From the NCBI RefSeq assembly GCF_009914755.1, contig NC_060934.1: a DNA stretch of 64,000 bases; one strand, 5' to 3'. Made by a program: the position numbers and the translations under genes. Numbering within the stretch: position 1 is the stretch's first letter; each line of letters begins with the position of its first letter. The stretch is from the human T2T-CHM13v2.0 reference genome, Homo sapiens. The notes under the pieces were generated by a model. That model was not told where the DNA came from. It did no database searches and worked only from the letters and a program-made list of their open reading frames with translations. Below are positions 24,200 through 38,869 of the stretch, piece by piece.

Positions 24200-25781
24200 A
24201 TAATTTAAATAATCCTTTAGATTCCTGTCTCTGTCCATTTTCAAAGCCAGGGTTACACTATCATAACATACCCCATGATGTACACCATTGCTAAAACAAT
24301 CTTCCTGAAGTACTAATTAGATTTTTGAGCAGAGAATAAAACCATCCTTTCCAGTGTTGGCAAATATTCAACGTACTGTCCTGAAATACCTGTAGTACTT
24401 CCAAGTTTCTGCTTTGTGCTCACACTGTTTTCTTTGACCTGAAATGCAATTTCTATCTATAAAAATCTTAGTCATTATGAGGTCTAGCAAAGATCTTTTT
24501 CTTCTATGAAGCCTTCCTATCGACCCTAACTAAAATCTCTTCTCTGAGTTCCCAGCGTATACTGCTTGAGCTGGAGCAAGACTCCAGTGATCCTTGGAAG
24601 AAAGTGGGAGGTTATTTTCCCAGTGCGATTCCAGGAAAGTTTAATGTCTTATAGTTCAGTCCCCTTTAGCATTCCACATACAGTTAGTGCTCAAATATTT
24701 GATAATTGCTCTACTCACAAATATTTTTGTGTGAAATTGCTAGCTATTCTCTATCCAAGAAGTAATGAAGTATATAAGCTTCTTCAACTCTTTGTTGAGC
24801 CCGGGACCTCTTACTTATTTCTGTATCCTATCTACTCTTGAGTAGTAGGGTCATTGGAAAGCAACCACTGGGTTTGGGGATAAGTTGTGTGTATTTTAGA
24901 GGAGGAAGTAAAGGTGTTACTGGACTTTTAAAACTGAAGCTTTTTCTGTTTTAAAGTATTTTGCTTCCCGTTACTGTATTTATAAGATGATACTGGTATA
25001 CGTAGTGTCTTGGCTATTTATCTATTCCCCTTTCTCTTTAACACAATATTCCCCAACTTTGGTGTGATACTGAATTGAAATCTCTGGGAGTGTGGCCTAG
25101 GACTCTACACTTTTACTAACAATCAGTTGAGATGCTTATGAAGGTGGTGGTAGTAGTGATAATGGTAGTGATGATGATGATGATTGTATTAGCTCTGCTT
25201 TCGAAGGCTTATGATGTACTTACTGCACTTTTCTAGGCAGTTTGCAACTATTAACCTAATGTTCACAGCAAGCCTATGTGGTAATACGCTATTATCTTCA
25301 TTATACAAATGGAGAAACTGTGGCAGATATAAATTAAGTAACTTGTCGCCAAAATGACTTTCTTATAAATAGGTCAAGAATCCATGAAAAGGATGAGGCA
25401 TATTTTTTTGGTTGATAGTTTTTAAACTCACTTTCTAAAGGATTGCTTTAAGTGATGTGAATGATATGAATGTAAACTGGTTCTTATATAAATTGAAGTA
25501 TCAATATGCTGACTCTATATAGGAATACTTCAACAACTAGACCTAAATATAGATACTTGCTCTTGCTTTTAGGAAGCCTGTCACAATTCTTGGTGAAAAA
25601 GTAAGCATGCACCCAAAAACGTAGAACATTGAGGAAAATTTTTAAATAATTACACTTTCTAAAATACATGATTTTAGGAAGAGTGCTTTATTATATACTA
25701 TATATATATATATACACACACACATAGACATACACACGTAGATGCATATATATTTACTCTATATGGATGTGTGTCTATATG

Positions 25782-26345
<564 letters not shown>

Positions 26346-26824
26346 ATGTGTGTGTGTATTGAGATGTTACTTTGTGATTTAATGTAATTCAAGTAAAACT
26401 CGTTAAGCATTTATTTTCTGTTTTAGTAGCATAAGATAAATTTGGTTTTATATGCTAAAATATTTTATCTTTTTAATAATAAATGATAAGAATATTTTGT
26501 TCCCTTTTAGTTCATAGACTATGGGAAGTGGAGTAGGGAGTGAAAGTGGTGGCTGTGGTGGTGGTATGGTGGAAGTAATTTGTTTACCATCACTGCCTGT
26601 CCAAAATAATTTTGATGAATGATTTTAGGTGTTGCCTAATAAGTGCTCTGACTTTTGAAACCAGTTGAACTAACAAGCATGTTGTGCTTTGCTAGAAACA
26701 TCTTGTAAGTTCTGACTTTGAACAGACAGTGGAATCTAAATTGAGTTAGTGGAGGACATATCTTTACAACTAAATCTAAAGTGTTTCAACTATTTCTTTT
26801 TTTAATCTCCTGTTTATTTTTCTT

Positions 26825-27885
26825 GTAGAATTAATATTTTTGATTGACCAATCATAATTGCATACATTTATGGGGTACAATGTGATGTTTTGATATATGT
26901 ATACAGTGTGATGTGCTTATGCTAATTAACATATCTGTCACCTCACCTATAATATTTCATATTGAGACATTTGAAATTTGCTTTTATTATTTTGAAATAC
27001 TTAAAACGTTATTATTGACTCTCGTCAACTTGCTACGGAATAGATCTCAAACTTATTCTTCCTCTCTACCTGAAACTTCATACCCCTTGATCAACTCCCC
27101 CCACCACCCTCCTACCCTAGCCTCTGGTAACCATTGTTCTATTCTCTACTTCTATGAATTTAATCTTATTAGATTCCACATGCAAGTGAGATCATATGGT
27201 ATTTGTTTTTCTCTGCCTGACTTATTTCACTTAGCATAATATCCTCCAGATTCATCCATGTTGTTGCAAATGACAGAATTTTCCCCTTTTTAAATGCTGA
27301 ATAGTATTCCATTGTCTGTATATACCACATTTCCTTGATTCATCCATTGATAGACACTTAGGTGTTTCCGTATCCTGGCTATTGTAAATAATGCAACAAT
27401 GAACATAGGAGTGCAGATATCCCTTTGACATACTGACTCCAGTTCCTTTGGCTATATAACCAGAAGTGGGATCACTAGATCATACAGTAGTTCTATTTTT
27501 AGTTTTTTTGGGGGAAACTTCCATACTATTTACCATAATGGCTGAACTAATTTGCATTCCCACCAACAATGTACTGTATAAGAGTTATCATTTCTCCACA
27601 CACTGTCCAACATTTACCTTTCATCTTTTTGATAAAAGCTACTCTAACAGGTGTAAAGTAATAATGCATTGTGGTTTTAATTTGTAATTCTCTAGTAATT
27701 AGTGATGCCGAGCATTTTTTCTTGTACTAGTTGGCCATTTGTGTGTCTTCTGAGAAATGCCTGTTTAGGTTCTTTGCCCATTTTTAAAAATTGGGTTATT
27801 TGTTGTTTTGTTATTGAGATGTTGGAGTTACTTAAATATTTTAGATATTAACCCCTTATTAAATGTATGATTTGCAGATATTTCT
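26825..27885 (-). mobile_element. L1MA-type LINE-1 3' fragment
   Basis: L1M 3'UTR/ORF2-end antisense motifs: tttcacttagcataat, ggagtgcagatatc, gttggccatttgt. Confidence 0.88.
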
Positions 27886-28073
27886 TTTTATATTTCCTGT
27901 TTACAAATTTCCTGAACTTCTCTGGCTGCTCATTTATATAGAATTGGGATGAGTTATGTCACCTGAAGCAGTCAAGATAAGACTGTTTCTACTGATATCC
28001 ATATGGCAGGCTTACTTTGTTACCCAATCCAATGAAAAAGGGTGCCAGGATGTGAAAGAAAAATAGATGTGAT

Positions 28074-28153
28074 GGCCGGGCGCAGTGGTTCACGCCTGTA
28101 ATCCCAGCACTTTGGGAGGCCAAGTCAGGTGGATCACGAGGTCAGGAGATCGA
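28074..28153 (+). mobile_element. 3'-truncated Alu (first ~80 nt only) with a 16-bp TSD
   Basis: ggccgggcgcagtgg...gatcacgaggtcaggagatcga flanked by gaaaaatagatgtgat at 28058-28073 and 28152-28167. Confidence 0.9.
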
Positions 28154-28627
28154 AAAATAGATGTGATGCCATGGAACATTCTAGGGAATTACCATTTTTA
28201 GAGAGAGTTTTGATAAAAATTTTACGTATTTTTAAAACTCATATTCTTAGTCTGAAGAGTTGGAAATAAGGTTGAATGTATGTCTTAAAGCTAATAGTAT
28301 AAAAAGAGAAGTGTAAAATTTAAGTTAATCATACAACTTTCTTTCCCTAACTTTATGAATTGACTTTTTGCAATTTCCGGAGCTAATGAGGTGAATGTCT
28401 GAAATTGAGTATGTAGGTTAAAAAGTTGAAATTTTCCTAATAAAATTGTATCTCTTTCTAAGGTGTAACTCTTTCTTTCTTTGATTATAGTAAAAGGAGC
28501 ATCTGTGGTTCTTAAGAGGTCTTGATTTTTCTGCCAGCTAGTTGTGTGACTTTGGGTAAATAATGTCATATGACTGGACCTGTTTCTTTATTTGTAAAAT
28601 TGTGTGTGGTGTTAAATTCTAAGACTG

Positions 28628-28763
28628 TTTTTAAAAAAATTTTTGCGGAGACTGGGTGTTGCTTTGTTGCCAAGGCTGGTCTGAACTCCTGGTTTCAAGC
28701 AGTCTTCCCCACCTTGACCTCACAAACTGCTGGGATTACAGGCGTGAGCCTCCATGCCTGGCC
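28628..28763 (-). mobile_element. FLAM_C-like Alu monomer
   Basis: Antisense monomer; TSD aattctaagact / aattgtaagact. Confidence 0.8.
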
Positions 28764-30762
28764 AAATTGTAAGACTCTTATAATGGATGAGTAGAATATA
28801 TTTAAGATTATATAAAAACACAAGTCACTTCATGATCATCGTCTGCTGGAACATGAAACCAGCTTTCTTGTGTAGATGTGTTATCAGTAATGTTATTCAC
28901 ACCGAGAGGATCATTCTGTGGTTTTTAATTCATGATTTTGTAATCTGATAGTGACTTTTCATTATGTCTCCTGATTTATAATTACATCACAGCCATTATG
29001 ATTGGAATCATTGGGAAGAGTTGAAATGAGCAATTTAGAATTGTTTCTGAAATACAGAAAGCCTTATTTTTTGGTGGGGGTTGTTGGAGGAGATATCTCT
29101 GTGTTCTGTAATTTCATTTGACTAAGGAATTTATCTTTGGTCTTCTCCCAGAGTGAGGACATGAATACTTCCATAGCTATATTCCGTATTAATCACAGTT
29201 TGCTTTGTGGGTTTCATTAGGCTAAATAAGAAAAACGTCGTTATGTATTTTCTGCTTTAAAAAATGCTTCTTGATATAAAGTCTTCTCAGATCAGTCCCA
29301 CATGTGATAAATCTATTCAAACTATTAAACTGCCTCAATGTGCTTGTTTCTCTCTTGGAAATCTATCCATTTCTGTGTCTTTATGTACCACTCACTCTCC
29401 CCCATCATATTTTAGGTTATAAGCTCCTTTCCTTTATATCTCATAGCACCCAGGAAAGAACTTTGTTAGTCTCTGAATAGTTTATAAGTGTTATTGCTAT
29501 TGAGAATTTTGGATTTAAATTATTGGAATGAATAGAATAATGCTATTTCTAGTATATCTAACTGAGGGTCAGTGTTATTAACTCAAAGACATAGCAGTTT
29601 TATTAAGCTCTAGGCTTTGTTTCTGAAGTCAGTTTCTCTTAATCATAAGTGGATTATTCACTTTATATTCTCTTATATAATGCCTTGGTATCAGGTTATT
29701 GATAGGTAAACATCAGAAATAGGCTGGATAGATATGCATGCATGTGTACACATGCACATGTATGTGAGAGAGAGAGAGAAGGATTGCACATAGAATATAT
29801 GAGAATTTGAGGTGTGTGTAATGTTTATAACTCATCTGAGTCTTACATAGCTATCTAGTTATGTACACTTAATTTTGCACCTTTTATAGTTGAAATTCAG
29901 AAACATTTTTTAAGGAAAATAAGGACGTGTTTTTCTTTCCTTCATGTTTTCAGTTTAGCTTTATTTGATTGTATTTTTGCTAAAGACTTAAATTGTCAAT
30001 AACTATTGAAATGGGCCAACTTATAGCTGAGCACAAAGTATGTTAGGACACTGAGATATATCTTAACATTTGGGAATAATTTAATGTGTCTAATACTTGA
30101 GAAGGATCAAAACAGACTGTACAACCCAATAATCATAAAGCCTATGGTCAAAAATCGTATATAAATGACAGGCCCTATGAAGAGTAGCCGTAAGAATCAA
30201 GAGAAAAAGAACCTAAATTGGTACAGAAAAGGAGCTGAGTCATTTTTATATTATAATTAGAAGTTGGTAACGATAAATTTTGTCTTCCCAGTACAAAAAG
30301 TATCATGATCAGGCAGGATTACGCTAAAGTGTAACCTCTAACTTCTTGTGGTATGTACTATTACAAGTAGTTGATGATTTAATAAATATAAATATAGATG
30401 ATACTGTCAGAGTGTTTCCAGACATTACAGTTAGCTTTTAGGTGAAGGCAGTGCTTGACAGAACCTAAGTTTGTGACTCAATAATTTATTATATAATCTA
30501 ATACCATTTTTATCTTGTATTAATTTGGGTTATAGGATAATTGGGGTAACTTTTTGGTGAGGGATTGAAATTTTCTTAAAAGCGTTTTCAGAAGATACTA
30601 GAATTTTATGGGATTCTTTTATTATAGCATGTCTTCTCAAATATAATATTAGGACTGCTTGAACAGGAGGCAAATCATATTCACGTTATTTTCCAGTTTA
30701 GAGTTATTGCTCTTATCAGTTGGTGGGTGTGGGAACAACTTAATAAAGTTTGGGTAATTTAG

Positions 30763-30918
30763 TTTTCAGTTTAAATTCTCAACTGGCAATTGGCCGAAAA
30801 CTCCCATCTGAAGACATGATCATCCAAATGTCATTTTGTGATTTGGCTACTGTCTGCTTGACATAGGAAAGCACTATCAAGAAAGACTAATGGAGTGACT
30901 ATCAAAAGGAAGTCAATG
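30763..30918 (+). other. Candidate non-coding cassette exon (156 nt)
   Basis: Acceptor aatttAG| (alternative ttttcAG| 7 nt later), donor caatg|GTaaga; stop codons in all three frames. Confidence 0.55.
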
Positions 30919-30938
30919 GTAAGAGTTTTCATTTAAAT

Positions 30939-30962
30939 TGTGTGTGTGTGTGTGTGTGTGTG
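30939..30962 (+). repeat. (TG)12 microsatellite
   Basis: Read directly from the sequence. Confidence 0.95.
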
Positions 30963-32788
30963 TAAAGCCTACCAATGTATTATATTTGAATTAAAATTTT
31001 AGAACTTTTAAAATCTAGGACATAATGACAAGTGTTTGAATTTTATATGTCTGTCACTTATATTTTAATAAAATATATGCAAAGAATGGTTTTATAGATA
31101 AGAGATTTTACATACTTAATGTTGATAAATAGTATAAAAGTATGGAAAATCAATTATATAGTTCATGTCTGGTTTAAAAATTCAATTTTTGTAGTTTTAT
31201 TGTAGTTATTTAAAATAGTATATTATAAAATTGCTTGACTGAAGTTTAACTTCTAAAAAATTTGTACTAAACTGAGTTTTTCTGTTCAGTTTCATAAGTG
31301 CTTCTTAAAATAGACATGCATTTTGTGGTAGTCTGTTGAATGCTGTTTGGTTTTTTACTTTCATTATAAAATAGGAAAGAAAAAAGTATAATATCATATG
31401 ACAAAATCCATTTAGTTTAACATTAGTTCTTTAAAAATGTATAATTGCTACTATACTTTGGCGGAAACTATTAAATTTGTAAGATAAGACGTTTATACTC
31501 TATACCCAAAACAAAGTGAAGTAGCTGTTCATAATATGGCGCAGAATCAAATTTTGGTGATAAAATCAGACATCTCTCTCCTGCCTTACACATACTCCCA
31601 CTGAGAAAATAATTTCTAAATTTGGTTACATTTTCATATACTTCAGATGACCTTAAATTTATATTTTTCTCCTGAATATATTTGATTCCTGCATATCCCT
31701 TTTTTTGGGCATCTGTGTCCAATCAGATCCATGATTAGTCATGTTAGCTTTGGACAAGAGTGGAGGTAGGATCTTAGCAAGTTTGAAATCTTTAAGATTG
31801 ATGTTTATCTGAGATTATTCCAGCATGTCCACGGACATAGTAGTTTTGTGATAACAAGGTAATGGCTGATGAAGATTAGCATATTAATAATAGATTATAA
31901 TTCTGTTAACCATTCTATTGTCAAATACGTGATTTTTGCGATTCACATAGTTTAAGTAATTTTTCATGCCCAATTAGAGATGTCAAAATTATGTTAATTG
32001 AATCTGGCCATGTTCTTAGCTGTTTTCTAGAGCTTAATAACAAACATATCAGGAAGAGCTCTTGTGACAAGCACCCAGCACAGCATCTGTCATTATGTAA
32101 TCATTCCAATGTTTACAGTGAACTAAGTACTTGAGATGGCAACATTCATACTTTAGTCCCTCTGTCTAGTAATTCATACTTGTATAGTCTGTCTACTATG
32201 TGTCACCCATTTAGGTAGGTGCTGAGAATAAAATGGTGGGGTTAAAAACAGATATTCCCTGTTATTGAACTTCCAGTGCCAATGGTAATTACAGTGTAGA
32301 TAATAATTACACACTGCAACTGGAACCAATACTATAAAATGGCATAAGTTCCTATAAGGGTAGGAACAATAAAGTTAGTGTATAAATAAAGCACAGAACC
32401 TACACATTTATTTATTAGATTGAATTGATAACTTGCTTTTGAACTTTTAAAGTTAATTCTATTAATATCTGCTAAGCTAGGCATCAGAAAGACTAAATTC
32501 TAACCATAGAGAAATACATTTTTTATGCTGCTATTCTATTTTCTTAGATTTCTTAAGAATTTACAACAAAACCCTGTCAAAGCAGCATTCTTACGTGAGA
32601 ATTTCACTTACGGGAGAGTTCTTACAGGATTTCAAGAAGGAAAGCCCTGAAGAGGGACACTGATTTCCTCAACTGAATTTAAAATTGTTACATGCAGACA
32701 TTTTTAAAGGTAGTATGATTTTCCTTAATCAAGTCAACTTTATATCTTTTTATCTTTTTAAAGAAGGGAATGTGACATTTATGTTTTT

Positions 32789-32792
<4 letters not shown>

Positions 32793-32842
<50 letters not shown>
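32793..32842 (+). repeat. (CA)25 microsatellite
   Basis: Read directly from the sequence. Confidence 0.95.
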
Positions 32843-32845
<3 letters not shown>

Positions 32846-34329
32846 AAGCATACATGTTGATTACGTTTTGGAAAATAAAATCCAAAGAGCATTTGGATGT
32901 CTGAATGTTTATGCTTCATCTCCGCAGTGACTTCTAAATTTAGTTTTTTTCTGGATATACTCAAAGTCACCAACCTGAGTTCAAGTATTCTGATTTGAAG
33001 ATCTCAACTTAGAGATCCAGGCAGTCCCCCTTGTCAGTGCTAGGAGAAAGATGTCCTTCCCATACCTTCCAGAAAGAGTGTCTTGAAGAAATATATTCCT
33101 TCCTGGGTAACGTGCTTTGGAATGTACATGATATTCATTTTTCTTTGACAGCTCTTTTTGGTTCTGTTTAGTTGGCTTTGATGGGTTCATGATGCCCAGT
33201 GGAGAATTTGGTATTTAGCCACAAAAAGATATTTAAGACACATAATTATGTAAATATTGCAGATGGAGGATGATACATAGCATTTCTTTTATCAAAATGA
33301 ATTTGAATTGACTTCTTTCTAAAACAAAATTCTACCAATAGTCATCAGTTTTTAATTATATAACTTCTCAATATAGGAAATAATCAGTGTCTGATTGGCT
33401 GTGTATGTTGGAGTGTAATGGCTTTTGTTTTGAATTTGGCAGTTTCTACTCTCAGAAGAAATGAGTTGCGAATTACAGTGGTGTTAGAAGAAATGAATTG
33501 GAAGTTCGAATGAGAAAAATTTAAATAAAAGTTATTGTTTATAGATATGGAAAGGAAAATAATGTTTTTAGTTCAATATGAGAAAGAACCTTTTAAATGT
33601 AGAAATAAAATGGGGTGCCTTTCTACATCCATTCTTAAGAATTTGGCAGAAGTTATGAAGAAGTTAAAAAGAAGGAGTTCCTGCTGATATAAGTCACGAG
33701 GATTATTTGAAGGAAATTTATGTCACATCTCGTAAAATCATCATATTGACAATTATAAATATGTAAAACTTTATGTGCAATAGTTATTACTAAAAATACT
33801 GAGCTACTATTTATAGTGAGATCATTATTAAATAAATTTAACAGATAGAATAGCAAATCACATTTATTCATTCAGTATATTCTTACCAACAACCTGCTGT
33901 ATGTCAGTCATTGCATAAGACTGATGTGATGCCATAGGTCTTGCAGGGAATGTAGACATTAAGCAAGTAATTACAATAAAGTATAGTGGCTTATGATATT
34001 ATAAAAACAAAGCAGTCCTTAAGTATACCTTGCAATTGATCTGTAGTATATTAATTTTAATCCGCTCATACTCCTCATGAAATGAGGTTGTTCATTTTGA
34101 TGTAAAAATTAGACTGACGTTCTTTGCAGTTAGTAGAGACTGAAAAAGTTCTTATTATTTGTATAACTTATTTAAAATGAGAAACTGCTGTGGAAAGATC
34201 TGCAGGTTTCTGAGATACCAAGAAACGTGAATATGAGCAGAATAAACACATGCATATTATATACATTATAAACGTCATTTAAGACAATTATATGAAGCAG
34301 TTTTACATTTAAAACTACCAAGTTGTAAT

Positions 34330-34590
34330 AGTTAAGAAGTTGGGCTCCAGAGTCATACTGGTTGGGTGTGAGTATTAACTCTGACACTTACCAGCTTTGC
34401 AGTCTTAGGAAACCTGCATAACTCTACTGTGCTTCAGTTTCCTTACCTGTAAAATGGGGATAATAAGAGTATATATCTTGTGGAAAAATATATTATTTGA
34501 TATATGAAAATGCTAGAAGAGTATCTAGCATATGGAAAGTGCATAGAAAGGGCTCCATATGTTGTTTTAGTTAATAATTACAATAATAAT
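34330..34590 (-). mobile_element. MIR
   Basis: MIR core gcttcagtttccttacctgtaaaatggggataata. Confidence 0.75.
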
Positions 34591-35630
34591 TTCCTCATCT
34601 TAAAAATATCCTGCTTCATTCATAAAGTTGTGCCAACGGAAATAATTGCAGATGATGCTTAAAATACATACAATATATATTTCAGAGTGGTATGTAAAGA
34701 GCTTTTATTATTACTGCTAAACAAAAAAAAAGTCCGTGAAATTCTCATCTAAGCTTTGGGGCCTCTTTAGCTGAATTTCAGCAGTCACTCAAAGGCTTTC
34801 TAGAGATGCCATCTAGAGATACTTTATAACCTAGTGTCTTTTTTTTTTTTTTTTTGCAATACAGAATTTTTTTTTCATTGTAAGATGCTGAATGAGAGAA
34901 AATTATTTCAGTACTACAAGTATGGTTTCCCATGACCACAATTAGTTCTAATGTAACCAGTCAACAGTTGTCTATTGAAAACCACTAGCTATTAATATAG
35001 TATCATGGTAGCCTAAAAGAATTATGCTATCCTTCTACTTAGGCTCTAGGGAGACAAGAGCCATGTAAAGAATACTTAAAGCACAAAATGTGAGACTGCT
35101 CTGCCACTAGTTCCTGCTCTGCCACTAATAAACAGAGGTATCTTAGATATATGAACCTGTTACAATTATGAGGCCATCTTAGCATCTCAGTACCCTTATT
35201 ATATATATCGTGTGTATACACACATGGCCATCCAATATTTCTTTCCCAAATTGAAATGAGAGGAATTCATTAAGGTGGTTTTAATTTCCAAATTTACTGA
35301 GTAAAAGAATTCTATTCTAAAAATTATTTTGTATAATGCCCTTCAAATTGAGTTTTACATGTACTATTTCAAGGCTTCTCAGATATTCCCACATAAATTA
35401 TCTAGTGTTTCTGCATCACTTTGCGATCTTTTCATTAATGTCAAGTGTAATGTTTTTTAACTTCACAAGGGAAACATGAAATTCCTTTAGTGTGCCTCAT
35501 TTTCAGACATTTTCTTGTTGATTAAAATTCCTTTTTAAATAAAGTTTCAACATGTACTAAATAATTTGTTTACCTTTGAATTAACTTTTTATAAATGAAT
35601 TTTAAATAATGACAGCAGTCATTACAAACT

Positions 35631-35656
35631 CTGCTGTTGGCAACACTAGAGGGCAT
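35631..35656 (+). promoter_or_regulatory. Candidate CTCF site
   Basis: ctgctgtt (like the upstream module) followed by aCACTAGAGGGCA, close to the core consensus CCASYAGRKGGCR. Confidence 0.45.
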
Positions 35657-37479
35657 TTCTAGTTCTTCAGACAGTGTCATGAGTTCTCAGAATAATTTAC
35701 CAATTCATTAAACAGCAGATTAGCATTTTAAGGGAAAGGAACTAAAACAAGCACAATACATATATCATACATATATATAGTATGTATATATTATGCATAG
35801 ACAGATAATATAAATATCCATATATAATATATACATTATATAATATATGGATAATACATATATATTGGATGTATGTATACTCACGTCTGCTTTACCAAAT
35901 GTTCTCACTGAATCACTACTCCTAAAAAGGCGGGAGAGTATTTGTGATCTGCTCACTGAAGCACCACTATATTATCCAGTTGTTTATTAGTGTCGTGGAG
36001 GTCTATGCTCTGATAGGTTTAGCATCAAGTGAACATTGAGTAAAAAAGTATATGTATATACTCATACATACATACTCATCAGAAGTTAGTTGCTGTGCTT
36101 ATTGAACTACTAGATGCTAACATAGTCATAATTAGAATAATTTTTCAGATAAAAAATGAGAGTTAAAATAGATGCCCTTTATAGGCTTAGTAGAAGATTT
36201 AAGACTACCTATATTTTGAATTACTGTATTTTAGATGTTAAAATATTTTCAAGGGTTTTGAATGCAAACATTTTTAGGGAAAAGATACAATTATGTAATA
36301 TTAAATATATAATATTAAATATTAACATGCAATGATATGAAAGAAGACAAGTTTATAAGAAAATTCAATTAGCGTAAAGAAAAACTTTTTTTTCTTGGGA
36401 GGATTTGCTTACTGCGGTGTATTGGGGAAAAAATCTTATATATCATTAAGTAATCATTAACACGGTAAAAGTAAAGTCAAGGACCAGCAAAAAATAACCT
36501 AATTGTTGTGAAAATAAGGTGACAAACAGACAATCCCATCTTACACTGTAACATACTTTGTATAAGAGGGGATACATGATAACCACTAGAACAGTGGTGG
36601 ATGTGCAGGTGGTAGATACACAAGGGATATAAGAAAGTCTTTCTAGTTCAAATGTATTTCTGCCATGTACTTTACCCAGTAGAAATGCATTTACATTTTT
36701 AAGAGGAGCGTATAAATCTCTCAAATATTTCTGTTGATACATATACCTATCATTCACTTAAATACCTGAGTACCTACTAAGTATAAAATACCCCGTTATT
36801 TTATGTTTGGCACAGTGAGGCTGTAACAGTTTATACTCCTATTATGTAGCTGAGACCAGTTGGTCTCTTTTAGAGAGGGGAGTATCAGTTAGTTACAGAA
36901 GGACTCATTTGAATCATGAGATAATTTGTGAGAATGCAGACCCAAGTAATATGCTCTAATAAAATCAGAAGGCAGCATGCTTTTGTTGAGAAATGGAGGT
37001 AGGAAGGTAACAACATAAAATAACCTACTTTGTACTGGTTCAGTATACCCCATAAACTGTCATCTCTTTTGTTTGTTTGTTTTGAGGGTACAAATTATTT
37101 CATTTTCTGATATTCTCTTTCCTAAGGTATTGTTGGACTGAAACTTAACCAATTCTCCTCTTTTTCTGTCTCTGTCTGTCTGTCTCTCTCTCTGTGTGTG
37201 TATATATATATACATATATATACACATATATTCTTTCTACACACACACAGTAACAGTATGTGCAAGTCAAATTTAATTTTAAAATAAATCTTTTAAAGCG
37301 TGGGTCAATCTGTGCCAGTCACACACAGGGCAGTCTGCCGTATCTTTTGCATCCTTGTTTTGTACTGCTCGTGAATGTTCGTTATATAGTAGAGTAGGTA
37401 ATTCCATATTTACTTGTACTAGAATATATCTGGCTTAATAGATGATGTTCCAAAGGCTTGAATTAAAAAAAAAAAACCT

Positions 37480-38460
37480 TAGTGTAAAAAATTTCAGGCA
37501 TACACTTAAGAGAGACTAGTGTAATAAACCCCATGGCCTAGATTTAACAATCAGCAAAATTTTGCCACATTTGCTTCATCTACTCTCTTCTTTTTCCTCA
37601 ACTATTTTTAAAGTAGATCCCAGACTTCAAGTCTTTTCACTCCTGCATTCTTTCATATGCATTTCTTTAAAAGAAGGAATTTTTCTTATATAACCACAAT
37701 ACCTTTATTACATCCAACAAAATTAACAATAACTACTAACCACCTCATATTCTCTCTGTATTCAGTTTCTCTGCTTTTAACTGAAAAATGTCCTTTTTAC
37801 GTTTAGATTGTTCTTTCAGAATCCAACCAAGATCTGTATAGCATTTGGTTGTTTGGACTGCTGTATAATTAAAAGGTCTTTTCTTTCCCACCACTTGTTT
37901 ACCTCACTCACCCCCAAACCCCCTTCTTCCTCCTTCCCTCCCCTTTTCCCTTTAATGTGTTAATGAAAAAACTGGGTAAACTATCCTGTAGAATATCCTC
38001 CATTCTGGATTTCTCTGTTGCCTTCTAACTTGTTCCTGTAGCCTCTGAATTTCCTGCGAACTAAAAGTTGGCTTGAAAGACTTAATTAGTTTCAGGTTCA
38101 GCTTTGGTTTTGGTGTTGAGGATGGAAGGCATGCAGGAATACTTTGCACATGGAACTGTTTCTTCATACTGCATCACATCAAGGAGCATATAATGTCTGC
38201 TTGTCATACTCTTATCAATGCTAAAATTGGGCAGTGGTGCCAACCCAATCTCTCTATTGAGAGTTTTCTACCAATCTTTCCTCCCGTGGGAAAAGTTGCT
38301 GACTGTTCTCCAAATCAATTCTGTCATTAGGGTTTGCAAGAGAATGAATTTTTAAATCTGCCACCCCTTACACATTTATTAGTGGAAATTCTTCTGTAAG
38401 AAGAAGTTTCCTTCATAAATTACACCTTTTTGATTTATCTGAAACAATGTATACTGGAAA
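37480..38460 (-). mobile_element. Old L1MC/ME-type 3' end
   Basis: Degraded motifs such as aattttgccacatttgcttc and tcttatataaccacaatacc. Confidence 0.55.
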
Positions 38461-38869
38461 GAAGCCTGGTGTCTTAAATATCATCTGTTAATACCTAGTG
38501 TAACATTCCAAAGGTAACTTGAGATACTGCAAGGACCACATAGCACCTTGAGTACCTATTTTACATGTGACTCTGAGGACTTTCACAGAATAAAGATATT
38601 TCTTATTTTAATGAACGTTGTCAGTATCAGGATAATTTTATGTAGTCAACATATATACAGTGTTGGTCCTATAGGAGTTGGAGACCTTTTGCCAGTTTTA
38701 TTTGGTCAAATACATTATTTTGTGATGAAATAACTGTGAGTGATGAGTTGAGCCTCAAAGAACATGATACTTCATTAAATCAACAAGCTGAACAGTATCA
38801 TCTAACCAAAGCTGTAGAATAAATGGTGATAAACTTAAATTCAGGAATGAAACAATCACCATTTTTGTT

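Noticed and set aside
35095-35128. Short tandem duplications (ctgctctgccacta x2; similar at ~9958-9988 and ~45585-45624)
   Set aside because: Ordinary slippage duplications with no further structure.
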